Origin: an uncultured Verrucomicrobiae bacterium
GTDB taxonomy: Bacteria; Verrucomicrobiota; Verrucomicrobiia; Chthoniobacterales; JAFAMB01
DNA length: 64,000 bases
Direction: 5' to 3'
NCBI GenBank assembly: GCA_963813025.1
Contig: CAWEXO010000013.1
Coordinates: forward strand, 224,001 to 288,000
In this document: positions 49,499 through 59,656 of the stretch, piece after piece
Position numbering within the stretch: the first letter of the stretch is position 1
How the letters are laid out: each line of letters begins with the position of its first letter
Position numbers and translations under genes: made by a program
The notes under the pieces: generated by a model
Seen by the model: only the letters and a program-made list of their open reading frames with translations
Told to the model about the DNA's origin: nothing
Databases searched by the model: none

Positions 49499-50443
49499 TT
49501 ACTGCGGGGGAGGGCGGGTCGGACGACCTGCAGCGGCCCATTGGTCGTAGAGCGCCCAGCCACGTGGTAAGAGCTGGCTGGCCGCCGCAAAGCGATCGGT
49601 TGCTCCCAGCACTACTAAGTTTATGCGTCGGGGGGTGACAAGAGTCGTAGCTCCATCCTGGCGGATCTCTGCCTCGCGTTGGGCAGAAACGATAATACAG
49701 TCGCCCGCTTTGGAGGTCCGCCCGGTTTTCACACCATCGATTCCGTTACTACCAAGGAGTTGATTCGTATTACGCAGAAGATACCAGAACACCTGGTCGG
49801 CGCGACGAAAAGAGATTTTACGCTCCTTCTGCGAAACGTAGAAGCGAAATCCGGCGTCTTTGACCGCATAAGCAGTCAGCTTCGTCAGGTCTACGGCGGT
49901 AGAGTAGGGCTGTAACCCTTTGCGGGGTTCGAGGCCATGCGGATTGACGAAAAGAGTTTTTTCCATCCCGAGTTCCCGGGCCAGAGCGTTCATCTGAGAG
50001 ACAAAGGCTTCGACCGGCGTCAAAGGATGCGATGCTGAATCGCCTTGAGCGAGAAAAGCCGCGCCAATCTGGTGGGCGAGAACCATGGCAGCCGTGTTAT
50101 CCGATTGCAGCAGCGTGGCGTAAACCAGGTCGCGGTAACTGATCAGGTCATTCGGTTGTAAACCCATGGGATTCACACCGCCGGCATCCATTGCTTCCAT
50201 CGGGATCGGCACGAGCTGGGAGAGGTCGGTGGAGTTCTTTTGCGCCCAATCGAGGGCTACTTTGGCCGTGGCAACGTTGGTGAGCGCGGCGATCGGTCTT
50301 TTCTCATCGCCTTTGTAGGAATCCAGAATATAGCCGGTAGACTGATCTGCTACCGCGTAGGAAGAAGCGATTTGCGCTTCGAGCGACTGGCCCAGGGCAC
50401 AGACCAAGGCGGCAGCCGCAAAGAATTTGGTAAGGTACCGCAT
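49499..50443 (-). CDS. D-alanyl-D-alanine carboxypeptidase (peptidase S11) homolog lacking SxxK
   Basis: Signal peptide, SDN, MN-A-LGM-T-F-NPHGL, GVKTG; motif I reads ALTN. Confidence 0.85.
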   Translation of the reverse strand: MRYLTKFFAAAALVCALGQSLEAQIASSYAVADQSTGYILDSYKGDEKRPIAALTNVATAKVALDWAQKNSTDLSQLVPIPMEAMDAGGVNPMGLQPNDLISYRDLVYATLLQSDNTAAMVLAHQIGAAFLAQGDSASHPLTPVEAFVSQMNALARELGMEKTLFVNPHGLEPRKGLQPYSTAVDLTKLTAYAVKDAGFRFYVSQKERKISFRRADQVFWYLLRNTNQLLGSNGIDGVKTGRTSKAGDCIIVSAQREAEIRQDGATTLVTPRRINLVVLGATDRFAAASQLLPRGWALYDQWAAAGRPTRPPPQ

Positions 50444-50573
50444 GACTTCGAAAGCGCTCAGTCTATTTCGCTTCGTCTCCAAGGCAAACCGAACTGGCGC
50501 TCATTCCAAAAATACTTCCGCCGGTTTCTTTTTAGTTAGGCAAGCAGAAGGATCGCCACGCCAAACAGAACGG

Positions 50574-51995
50574 TCAGAGGAAGGAGTCCATCAGTCGAGC
50601 CGTATTCTGCAGGACGCGAGCGCCCAAGGATCGTTTTTGCCACTCCGCTATGGTGAGTCGATCGCTGTGGGCAAAATAAGACTGCTGGAGATCTCGCAGT
50701 CGGTCCACGATCTTTCGATCGTAGACCAGCAAGTTGATTTCGGCGTTCAGCGCGAATGATCGAATATCCATGTTCGTGGAGCCCACCAAGGCGATATCAT
50801 CGTCGATCGTGATGTGTTTGGCGTGGAGAAAGCGCGGCCGGTAAAGGTAAATTTCGGCGCCGGCCGCCAGCAAATCATCGTAGAACGAGCGCTGCGCGAA
50901 TTGCGTAATCAGCTGATTCGCGTGCCGCGAGAGAACCAGGCGCACCTTCAAACCGCCGTGTGCAGTTGCGGCCTGAATCGCGTGAAGAAAGGGTTCGTCC
51001 GGCACGAAATAGGGGGTGGTGATCGTCGCTTCCTTCCGAGCCATGTAAAGCATTGAAACGATCAAGTCGCGCCCGTTTTCGCGGCCGTATCCTGGCCCGC
51101 TTGGGACGACCTGCGCCACTGCGTCTCCGGCTGGCTCCGCCTTTGGGAATAAGTCGTTCTCATCACAAGTCTTACTGGTTTCAAGATAGTAATCGGCCAG
51201 AAACACGGCCTGGAGTTGCGCCACGATTGGTCCACGCACGCGCACAAGAAGCTCTTCGTTCGTGTAACCCGGAACAAAACAGGGATCGACAATGTTTTGC
51301 GAGCCCGTGTGTCCGATGCGGCCGTCGATCACCGCGATCTTGCGATGATTTCGGAGATCAAAGCGCGCGGCATTCTTTCGGAATGGGCCTACAGGCAACA
51401 GTTCAATCACTTCGATACCGCTCTCTCTCATCACGGGTCCAAGCTGTCTCAGCGCTTTTTTGGAACCAAAAGCATCCAGTAACACTCGGCACCGAACTCC
51501 GCGCGCAGCGGCTTCACGCAGCGCCGTCAGCACCCTTCGTCCAATCTGGTCAGCGCCGTAAATATAGGAAAGGAGGTGGACGTGGTTGCGCGCTGCGGAG
51601 ATATCGTCGAGCAACGCCTGGACGGCGCCCTGGTAGTCCGTGAGCAGTCGAATTTCGTTGCCAGCCACCGCTTCGAAGTCGCCGAGACGGTTCGCCTCGG
51701 CTGGGATCGGTTGCAGATTGGCCGGAAGACGCGGTTGAATTGTAAAGCCGGCGTCGATCTGAGATTGGACGAGCCGGATGGATCGGGATGCCCGTTCCTG
51801 CATGGCGATTCGGCGAGCCGGCAAATAAATCCGACCGAAAAGAGCGTAAAGAATCAAGCCCGGCCAAGGCAGCAAAAAAATGAGGAGCAGCCAGGTGCGC
51901 GAAGCGGCCGCACTGCGGTGTTGAGGGACATAAATCAACATCACAATGCGAATCGCCCACTCCGAGACGAGGTAAAGGAAACTCCAGTCAGACAT
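50574..51995 (-). CDS. cls: Cardiolipin synthase
   Basis: Two N-terminal TMs; HRKIAVID and HAKHITIDD HKD motifs; GSTNMDIRSF-LN-E. Confidence 0.92.
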   Translation of the reverse strand: MSDWSFLYLVSEWAIRIVMLIYVPQHRSAAASRTWLLLIFLLPWPGLILYALFGRIYLPARRIAMQERASRSIRLVQSQIDAGFTIQPRLPANLQPIPAEANRLGDFEAVAGNEIRLLTDYQGAVQALLDDISAARNHVHLLSYIYGADQIGRRVLTALREAAARGVRCRVLLDAFGSKKALRQLGPVMRESGIEVIELLPVGPFRKNAARFDLRNHRKIAVIDGRIGHTGSQNIVDPCFVPGYTNEELLVRVRGPIVAQLQAVFLADYYLETSKTCDENDLFPKAEPAGDAVAQVVPSGPGYGRENGRDLIVSMLYMARKEATITTPYFVPDEPFLHAIQAATAHGGLKVRLVLSRHANQLITQFAQRSFYDDLLAAGAEIYLYRPRFLHAKHITIDDDIALVGSTNMDIRSFALNAEINLLVYDRKIVDRLRDLQQSYFAHSDRLTIAEWQKRSLGARVLQNTARLMDSFL

Positions 51996-52007
51996 CGTGT
52001 GCTGGAT

Positions 52008-52988
52008 TTATTTCTTCCTCTCCTCCGTCTCTGTCCCGGTAGATTGTTTGCTCGCCGAGGATGCCATGCTGCTCAGCTCCGTGCGCATTGCCGCAGTCAA
52101 GGCGTTACCACGCAGACGAGCCATCTCTGCCAGGGGCATGTTTTGGGCCAGCCGCCGGGCGATTTCGTAACCGACCAGGTATCCCATCCTCGATGGCCGC
52201 AGCCCGCTGTCGTTGTGTAAGAGATATATCGCCGTGTCCGCGTCATTGGTGGACTGGAGCTTTGCCGCGATCTCACGAGCCGCTTCAGGCGCAAAAGCCG
52301 GACCCTGGTTTGCCAAACGAGGATCCAGCAAGATGTCTCGCATGGATGCGGTGGGATTCATTTCTTTGCTGACGTAGGTCGCGAGGCCTTCTTGCCACAC
52401 TTGCCGGCCCAGCGTGAGCCGGTCCAGGTCGCGCGGCAAGGGGTTCACTTGAAAATGATAAAGGTGAAACAACTCGTGGCTGAGAATCACGCGGAGAGGG
52501 GCTTGCCGCCCGTAGAATTTCGCCAAGGAGTCCAGACCGATTAAAAGCGTTGCCGTATCATCGTGCGGCACCTTGGCATCAAAACGAAACAGCGAGAGGA
52601 TGACGTCAATTCTTGTCTTTGAAAATTGAAAGTCGGGGAAGAGGCGCTGGAAATCAGCGAGGACGGAATCAAGTTTCGTTGGCAGCTCGGCATCAAGTTC
52701 GCGGATTACCGGCAGGTAAACGTTAACTTGGCTAAGGTAACGTTTAAGCAAATCCGGATCCAGCCGGCACAAAGCGGGGCGCTGATAAATCTCGGGGCGA
52801 GCATGCACGAGAAAATTCTGCAAGCGCTCTGGACGAGGGACGTTGATATCGGTCGGCTGAGCTAATTCGGCCAGGGCGTCCGGCACAATGTCACGAACGA
52901 GTTCTTCCGAGCGCGCGGTCTGAACGAGAAGCCACCCTGCTGCCCAAGAAAGCAGCATGACCTTCTGAATGGCCTGAAGGAGAACCAC
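52008..52988 (-). CDS. Secreted Zn-dependent protease-like protein (DUF2268-like)
   Basis: HELFH...EGLA, GY-GY. Confidence 0.65.
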   Translation of the reverse strand: MVLLQAIQKVMLLSWAAGWLLVQTARSEELVRDIVPDALAELAQPTDINVPRPERLQNFLVHARPEIYQRPALCRLDPDLLKRYLSQVNVYLPVIRELDAELPTKLDSVLADFQRLFPDFQFSKTRIDVILSLFRFDAKVPHDDTATLLIGLDSLAKFYGRQAPLRVILSHELFHLYHFQVNPLPRDLDRLTLGRQVWQEGLATYVSKEMNPTASMRDILLDPRLANQGPAFAPEAAREIAAKLQSTNDADTAIYLLHNDSGLRPSRMGYLVGYEIARRLAQNMPLAEMARLRGNALTAAMRTELSSMASSASKQSTGTETEERKK

Positions 52989-53071
52989 AAGTAAGAGCGC
53001 GCTGCGATCAACCTGTTCCGGCGCCGCGACCGAGCAGCGCCGAAGATTTGCGGCCTCCGGTCTCGAGATAC

Positions 53072-53665
53072 CTACTCCGGTCCGTAGTCGATATACTCAT
53101 AGACGACCGCGGGTCGATGCGAACGATGAGTGTGTTTGTGGCGCCGGCTCGCTTCCAGGTACGTATGATGGCCGTGATGGGAATGTCTCCGGCTTTGGAG
53201 ATAGACGTGCGAGCTGTGCCGAAGCCGTGCGCTCCGGTTTTCGTGGCGCCGCGCCATTATTCCTTCGGCGTGAACTGCGGCTCGGTAGGCCTTCAGGTAT
53301 TCGCGGCGGCCCCTCGCCGTCTTTGCGTTCCGCGCCTTTCGCAACAAAGCTTCGGCTTTGCTCGAAGGAGGTGCGCTCTTTTCGACGTCCGCAGATTTCT
53401 GCAGGGCCGCGGAAATTGCCTGAGCCGAATTTATTTCGGAAGATGTCGCCGGTGACGGAGGATTGCTCGGAACCGTGCCCGATTCGGGCAACAAGTCTGG
53501 TGCGGCTTGAGAGCCGGCGGTTTCCTGGGGCATCGGGGTCGCTGGTTCTCCGGGATTCTGACGGGGCAGGACCGGCTCGTCGGTGGGACTGGAATCGGGC
53601 GACTGCGCTGCGACCAGCTCAGTCGAAACAACGAACACCAGGGCGACTGAAAGTAAAAACTTCAT
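53072..53665 (-). CDS. Hypothetical secreted protein, Pro-rich then His/Arg-rich
   Basis: Signal peptide MKFLLSVALV...VAA-Q. Confidence 0.55.
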   Translation of the reverse strand: MKFLLSVALVFVVSTELVAAQSPDSSPTDEPVLPRQNPGEPATPMPQETAGSQAAPDLLPESGTVPSNPPSPATSSEINSAQAISAALQKSADVEKSAPPSSKAEALLRKARNAKTARGRREYLKAYRAAVHAEGIMARRHENRSARLRHSSHVYLQSRRHSHHGHHTYLEASRRHKHTHRSHRPAVVYEYIDYGPE

Positions 53666-53784
53666 AGTCTGCCAAAGGAGCAATGGCCGGAGAATCGCTT
53701 TTTTTGCCGCTCGGCGCAAGCTTTAGCTAGCGAGGCCGCGCCTCAGACGCCATTTTCAGGAGTTTCAGCGGTCAAGGACTCATT

Positions 53785-54100
53785 GGGCCTGTCGGACTTT
53801 GGAAATCTGTAAGTACGCCATCAAGCGATTGTTCGCGCGAGGGCTAGAGATCGTCTCAGAATGCCCCACTGTCCTGCGCCGGTAGGGCGAAAATTTATTC
53901 GAGCCCCAGGCGAGAACTTGTTTGAGCCATCTGGAGCGGGTGGCTCACCCAAGCGTCCGGCTCAAACAAGTTCTCGCTAAGGCTCGAATAAATTTTCGCC
54001 CTACCGGCGCAGGACCAAAGACGCCTTGGGACATCCCTCGAACCTCTCTTCCGAACCATAGCTCGATTGCGCGTGCTACAGATTTTCACAGTACAGACGC
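53785..54100. mobile_element. Best-preserved copy of the nested palindromic MITE-like element, with two empty IS110 target sites
   Basis: Perfect 35-bp IR (53871-905/53981-54015) enclosing a perfect 19-bp IR (53910-28/53959-77); outer ends match 9259-9588. Confidence 0.85.
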
Positions 54101-54248
54101 TCATTGTCAGTGCCTGTGCCGGCTGAATGTTGAAATGAAGGTTTAGACCTGCCCCACCGTCCAATGCGTTGTATGGCCGTCGAAGGCTGAACCGGTCAGT
54201 CAGAACCGCAAAGGCCGCCGCCGGCGAACAAGAAGCACAAAACAAGCT

Positions 54249-54713
54249 ATGAAGAAATTAATTGCATTTTTCCTTGGGAGTACGCTTTGTCTTATTGCCT
54301 TTGCGCGGGCGGACGAGATCACTTTCACCACGCTGCCGCAGACCGTGCAGACTACAGTGATTCGCGAAACTCATATTGCGAACCCCAGCGCGGTAACCCG
54401 GGTTATTCGAGATGAGGGTGGGGTGTATGCCGTGACAGTCCATGAAGACTCTGGGGACCGGGTCGTCTATGTCAACGACGCAGGCGCAGTTGTAGCCGCG
54501 CCGGCCGGGTCGACAACGACCACCGTGCAGCCGGCACAAGGCTCGACCACCACGACGATCCAGCGAACGGACAGCGCAGAGGGCACGACCGTGACGACCG
54601 ACCAGGTACAGCAGAATGTTTCGCGTTATCAGTTGCTTGAGAAAAAGGGTAAGAAGGAGATCTATCTCGATCGTCAGACTGGCCAGAAGGTAAAAGTCGA
54701 GCGGGAAGACTAG
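54249..54713 (+). CDS. Hypothetical secreted protein
   Basis: Signal peptide ending ARA; LP-VQ-T PepSY-like start; Thr-rich linker. Confidence 0.65.
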   Translation: MKKLIAFFLGSTLCLIAFARADEITFTTLPQTVQTTVIRETHIANPSAVTRVIRDEGGVYAVTVHEDSGDRVVYVNDAGAVVAAPAGSTTTTVQPAQGSTTTTIQRTDSAEGTTVTTDQVQQNVSRYQLLEKKGKKEIYLDRQTGQKVKVERED

Positions 54714-55141
54714 AAAATTGCAAGTGTCGGTGCTAATGCCAGTGGACAACTGGCACTAGCACCGTGAAGAAAGCGGTTCGCATAAAGAGATTGTCTCGCA
54801 ACGCCCGAGGTCGGTAGGGGCTCTCGTTCGACCTCCTCAATGTTGAATCACGTCTCGATCTGGACGAGCGGGCCGCCTTGGCAAGGCTACGGCGCGCCCT
54901 CCGGTCAAGCGTTTGAGCAACTCCATATCCCCCCGACGAACGCTTGTCCGTAGTCGGGAGCTCATCCAGGAGCTCATCCCTACCGCTCCTCGGTGCGGCT
55001 CGAATGAAATTCTCGCCCTGCCGGGACAGGTCCTAAGCAAGCCTGAAGCCGGTCAAGTCCGCACAACCCGCTCGCCCCTGCCGCTGCCATTCCCAAAGGT
55101 CACTCCTTGCCCCAACGGCAATCTGACGTATGGGAATTTGA

Positions 55142-56149
55142 ATGGACATTGAAAAGATTCGGTTCGAGGGAATCCCCCAACCAATTTCCAGGATCGGTTT
55201 AGGTACCTGGGCGATTGGCGGTTGGATGTGGGGTGGGTCCGATGATAATGAGAGCATGCGCACGATCCAGTATGCGGTTGATGAAGGGATAACCCTCATC
55301 GATACCGCGCCGGTTTACGGCTTCGGGCATTCTGAGGAAATTGTGGGCAGAGCTTTAGCGGGCGGTCGCCGGGAGCGAGCGGTGCTCGCTACAAAGGTCG
55401 CCCTCGAATGGACTGAGGGACAGGTGTTCCGGAACTCGTCGCCAGCTCGAATCAAAAAGGAAGTGGAGGACTCATTGCGTCGTCTGCGAACTGACCGGCT
55501 GGATATTTACCAAGTCCACTGGCCGGACCCTCTGGTGCCAATCGAGGAAACGGCGGAGGCAATGAACGACCTGCAACGTGAAGGAAAAGTGTTGGCGATC
55601 GGGGTCAGCAACTTTTCCGTGAAGGAAATGGATCGCTGGCGAGCAGCTGCTCCCTTGCACAGTACCCAACCGCCTTACAACATCTTTGAGCGACAGGTTG
55701 AGGCAGACGTTCTTCCCTACGCTTTGGAAAACCATTTTCTTGTCCTGGCCTATGGGGCGCTCTGTCGTGGTCTGTTATCGGGTCGTATGACCGCAGCAAG
55801 GCGCTTTGCCGGCGATGATCTTCGGCAGAAGGATCCTAAGTTTCAAGAACCCCGCCTGTCTCAGTACGTCAGTGGGGTAGAAAGGCTCTCAGACCTGGCT
55901 CAAAAGAAGCACGACCGAAGTGTTCTGGCCTTCGCCATTCGCTGGTTGCTCGACCGAGGGGATACCATGATTGCTCTCTGGGGAGCACGTGACCCTGAGC
56001 AGTTGAAATCAGCCGAAGAAGCCATGGGTTGGAAATTATCCCCCGAAGATTATAACGAAGTGGACCGAATCCTGCAGGAGGAAATCAGGGATCCGGTCGG
56101 GCCGGAATTCATGGCGCCTCCGGCGCGGCCGGTGGCCGATGACCAATGA
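55142..56149 (+). CDS. Aldo/keto reductase (AKR11/YhdN-like)
   Basis: GLGTWAIGG, DTAPVYGFGHSE, ATK, YQVHWPD, GVSNF, QPPYN. Confidence 0.92.
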   Translation: MDIEKIRFEGIPQPISRIGLGTWAIGGWMWGGSDDNESMRTIQYAVDEGITLIDTAPVYGFGHSEEIVGRALAGGRRERAVLATKVALEWTEGQVFRNSSPARIKKEVEDSLRRLRTDRLDIYQVHWPDPLVPIEETAEAMNDLQREGKVLAIGVSNFSVKEMDRWRAAAPLHSTQPPYNIFERQVEADVLPYALENHFLVLAYGALCRGLLSGRMTAARRFAGDDLRQKDPKFQEPRLSQYVSGVERLSDLAQKKHDRSVLAFAIRWLLDRGDTMIALWGARDPEQLKSAEEAMGWKLSPEDYNEVDRILQEEIRDPVGPEFMAPPARPVADDQ

Positions 56150-56420
56150 CCGATGGTCAATGACCAGTTGCGGTCAGGAGATCGATAACGCTATATCGTT
56201 GAGATTAGTGCACCGTCTCTCATAGTAATGGTGCCATCGCCGCAGGTCAGTTGGCTGTTTTTCAAGGCGCGAGCGAAGCGCCCCATCTGAATTCATACGG
56301 GTCGAGGTCCGAGCCGGACTGGCGGAAGCAACGCCGAAAAACAGCCAACTGGCCGCGGCCCAAAGGGTTGCGTTGAAAATGGGCCGGCGGCGGCGTTGCT
56401 CCTCGGTCATCAGCGATCGA

Positions 56421-57461
56421 TCAGATCGCCCCAGCAGACGTCAATTCCTGCTTGACGTAAGCGTAAAATATCGGCGCGGCGATTAAGCCGGGAATACCGA
56501 ATGCCGCTTCCATCAGAATCATCGCACCAAGGATCTCCCAGGCATGAGCGTTGATATTTGCGCCGACAATTCGGGCATTGAGAAAGTATTCGAGCTTATG
56601 GATCAGCACGAGAAACGCCAGGGCGGCCACGCCCGCCAGGACTGAGATCGACAAGGCGACAATCGCAATCAGCGTGTTGGAAATGAGATTTCCAATGACA
56701 GGCAGAAGGCCGGTCAGGAAAGTGATGGCCACCAAGGTTTTCGCCAAAGGAAGGTGGACCCCGAAGATGGGCAGAAAAACGAAAACAAAGATTGCTGTGA
56801 ACACCGTGTTCAATGCGGAAATGCGCACCTGAGCGAATATGATGCGGCGAAAAGCATCGGCAAAACGGTTGACCCGTTCGAGCAAGGCTCGAGCGAATGG
56901 TTTCAGATGGTGAACCGGTTGTCCCTGATGAAGCGACACCAGAGCGCCGACCACCATGCCGATCAGCATCCGAAGAAAAAGGTGGCCCGCCGCTTTTCCG
57001 GCATGTTGTACCTCCTTGGGATGCTCACCCAGCCAACCGGTTGCCTTGAGCCGGAGATCATAAACATCTCCGGGCAGGTTTTCGACGAGCCAGGGAGGTA
57101 GCTTTGCGCGGGCGTCATCCAAAATCGTCTGCACTTTGTCCGATAAAGCCGGCAGAGTTCCTGCGTCGCTTTTGAAAAACGCAATGGTCCCGACGATTGC
57201 CAGGATCACCAGGCTGATCGTCAGGATCGCAAGGACCGCCAGCGAAACCAGACGGGCGAGCTGATTGGTGAAATGCCGTTGCAAGAGAGGCGCGAGAAGA
57301 TGGACGAGCTCGTAGACTAATAGCCCCAGCAGCACCGCCGGCAATAAGTGCAGGAACATGACAAGGAAGAGTGCGACGCCCATGATAATCCACGATGCGA
57401 GGGTGGCAGTATCCGGGGATCGGGAAAGGCGAGACTGCTTTGCGAGCTGGGCTTCGATCAT
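56421..57461 (-). CDS. AI-2E family transporter
   Basis: Multi-TM; LPVIGN, HKLEYFLN-I-G, FG-GL-AP. Confidence 0.85.
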   Translation of the reverse strand: MIEAQLAKQSRLSRSPDTATLASWIIMGVALFLVMFLHLLPAVLLGLLVYELVHLLAPLLQRHFTNQLARLVSLAVLAILTISLVILAIVGTIAFFKSDAGTLPALSDKVQTILDDARAKLPPWLVENLPGDVYDLRLKATGWLGEHPKEVQHAGKAAGHLFLRMLIGMVVGALVSLHQGQPVHHLKPFARALLERVNRFADAFRRIIFAQVRISALNTVFTAIFVFVFLPIFGVHLPLAKTLVAITFLTGLLPVIGNLISNTLIAIVALSISVLAGVAALAFLVLIHKLEYFLNARIVGANINAHAWEILGAMILMEAAFGIPGLIAAPIFYAYVKQELTSAGAI

Positions 57462-57527
57462 CCATCCTCAACTTGCTCGAAAAAAGTGTCAGCGCCAGTG
57501 GTAGCTAGTGCCAGTCCAGTGCAAATC

Positions 57528-57680
57528 ATGAAACCTTGGGATTGGTACGGCGGACGATGTGTCTGGCGGCCGGGGCGATATGTCATGCGGCCGGGACCGC
57601 GAGCAGTGTGGGTACCGGCACATTATGTTCGGCGGCACGGCTACTGGCGATTCGTGCCGGGCCACTGGAGTTATCACTAG
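57528..57680 (+). CDS. Short YXWGXW-repeat-like ORF, possibly a 5'-truncated remnant
   Basis: W-W-GG-VW-PG-Y...VWVP-HY...W-VPGHW. Confidence 0.45.
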   Translation: MKPWDWYGGRCVWRPGRYVMRPGPRAVWVPAHYVRRHGYWRFVPGHWSYH

Positions 57681-57854
57681 CGAGACCGTGCCTCAGACCA
57701 ACGAGCGATCGGCTCATTAGGTAGCGCCGGGAGTGGCATCGGTTAGGCTTAAGCGGCCGCGCTGCTCCGACACTGGCACTGGCACAGGCACTATTTAAAG
57801 GATCACTGGTTGCTTTGCGCCGCTGCTCAGTTAGGCTTTCAGCCGAGGTCACTG

Positions 57855-58073
57855 ATGGAGCAGATCAAGGAACTCTTGAAGGCTGACGCTTGGCGGCCGT
57901 TTTCGATACGCGCCAATGGCCGAGCTTTCCGCGTACCGACCCGGCAACATGCTTGGGTCAGTCCCCACGGTCGGATCGTGGTGGAAATCAGCGCGAGCCG
58001 GCTCGAGGTGATTCATCCTGAAAATTTCGAGGGTGTTGAGATTGAGCCGTGGAGCGACCACGAGGTTTGTTGA
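57855..58073 (+). CDS. Small hypothetical protein
   Basis: I-ELL-A-PFSI-G-F-V pattern; abuts the next gene. Confidence 0.5.
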   Translation: MEQIKELLKADAWRPFSIRANGRAFRVPTRQHAWVSPHGRIVVEISASRLEVIHPENFEGVEIEPWSDHEVC

Positions 58074-59627
58074 TTGCGGCTTAGTTTTCGGCCTGTGGAA
58101 CCCGGCGACCCGGCGGTAAAAGTCAAGGTAAAACCAACTTATTGGTTAACCCGCTTCGTCATCCTTCGGCTGCTCGGTTTAGTTTATGCGGTGGCTTTTC
58201 TTGTTGCCGCGAACCAATTACCGGCTCTGATCGGTTCCCAGGGCCTGTTGCCGGTCGGCTCGTTCCTTGATCGGGTTCGCGAAGCAGCCAATGGTTCTTC
58301 TGCCTCGGCATTCTTCCATTTGCCTTCAATCTTCTGGTTTAACGACTCTGACTCGGCGTTGGTCACTGTCGCCTGGATTGGTTTCGGACTCTCGTGTCTG
58401 GTTGTTGCCGGGTTCGCTAACGCGCTCGTGATGATTGTCTTGTGGGCCTTCTACATGTCCATCGTACATGTCGGTCAGGATTGGTACGGATACGGTTGGG
58501 AGATTCAGCTATTGGAAACGGGTTTTCTCGGGATTTTTCTCTGCCCCCTCATCGATCTGCGACCCTTTCCCAAATACCCGCCGTCGCTCGTCGTAATCTG
58601 GCTGTTTCGCTGGTTGATTTTTCGGATGATGCTCGGAGCGGGCCTGATCAAAATCCGGGGTGACCCGGCTTGGCGGAATTTGACTGCGCTCTATTATCAC
58701 TTTGAGACCCAGCCTTTGCCGAATCCGCTGAGTCGTTGGTTTCACTTTTTGCCCCGGCCAGTGCTGCAGTTTGGAGTTTTCTACAATCATCTCGCCGAGC
58801 TCGTGGCGCCTTGGGCGGTCTTCTGGCCGCGCACAGTGCGACATACCGGCGGTTTGATCATCGTAAGTTTTCAAGTAGTGCTCATTCTCAGCGGGAACCT
58901 CTCGTTTCTGAATTGGCTCACGCTCGTCCCCGCCCTCGCTTGTTTCGACGACGGCGTGTGGTCAAGAATACTGCCGCGCTTGCTCGTCCGATATGCAGAA
59001 CGCGCGAAGGAGAGCTCTTTGGCCAGTACCCGCGTGATGCGAGGCTTGGCCTGGAGTCTGGCCGCCGTAGTCGCCCTCCTGAGTATTCAACCTGTCTTGA
59101 ATCTCCTCTCTCGGCGGCAAATTATGAACACGACCTTCGATCCGTTGGATCTGGTCAACACTTACGGCGCCTTTGGAACCGTCGGACGCGAACGGTACAA
59201 TGTCGTGTTTGAAGGTACCGACAAGGATTTTCCGGCAACCGACGCAGATTGGCGCCCTTACCTCTATCGGGCTTTGCCGGTCGCACTCGATCAACGACCA
59301 GTCCAGATCGCACCGTATCAGCCGCATCTCGATTGGCAGATGTGGTTCGCCGCCATGGCATCACCTCAGGAATATCCCTGGACGGTCCATCTGGTCTGGA
59401 AGCTGTTGCACAACGATCCGCCAACATTGAGCCTTTTTGCGGCCAATCCGTTTCCCGACGAGCCGCCGCATTTTGTCCGAGCTGTCCTCTACCGCTACCA
59501 ATTCGTTTCGCCCGCTAATCCCCAGCACCTCTGGTGGATACGCACCAAAATCGGTCTTTGGTTGCCGCCGCTTTGGGATGGAGACCCGCGACTGACTGCC
59601 TTTCTCCGCGAAGCCGGCTGGGATTGA
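58074..59627 (+). CDS. Lipase maturation factor (LMF1) family membrane protein
   Basis: LIGS-GLLP, GWE-QLLETGF, GAGLIK-RGD-W, ETQPLPNP, SGNLSFLNWLT, PYQ-LDWQMWF; start may be GTG 58095. Confidence 0.9.
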   Translation: MRLSFRPVEPGDPAVKVKVKPTYWLTRFVILRLLGLVYAVAFLVAANQLPALIGSQGLLPVGSFLDRVREAANGSSASAFFHLPSIFWFNDSDSALVTVAWIGFGLSCLVVAGFANALVMIVLWAFYMSIVHVGQDWYGYGWEIQLLETGFLGIFLCPLIDLRPFPKYPPSLVVIWLFRWLIFRMMLGAGLIKIRGDPAWRNLTALYYHFETQPLPNPLSRWFHFLPRPVLQFGVFYNHLAELVAPWAVFWPRTVRHTGGLIIVSFQVVLILSGNLSFLNWLTLVPALACFDDGVWSRILPRLLVRYAERAKESSLASTRVMRGLAWSLAAVVALLSIQPVLNLLSRRQIMNTTFDPLDLVNTYGAFGTVGRERYNVVFEGTDKDFPATDADWRPYLYRALPVALDQRPVQIAPYQPHLDWQMWFAAMASPQEYPWTVHLVWKLLHNDPPTLSLFAANPFPDEPPHFVRAVLYRYQFVSPANPQHLWWIRTKIGLWLPPLWDGDPRLTAFLREAGWD

Positions 59628-59656
59628 GTGGGGGAGTTGGACGAGTGTCGGTGCTA

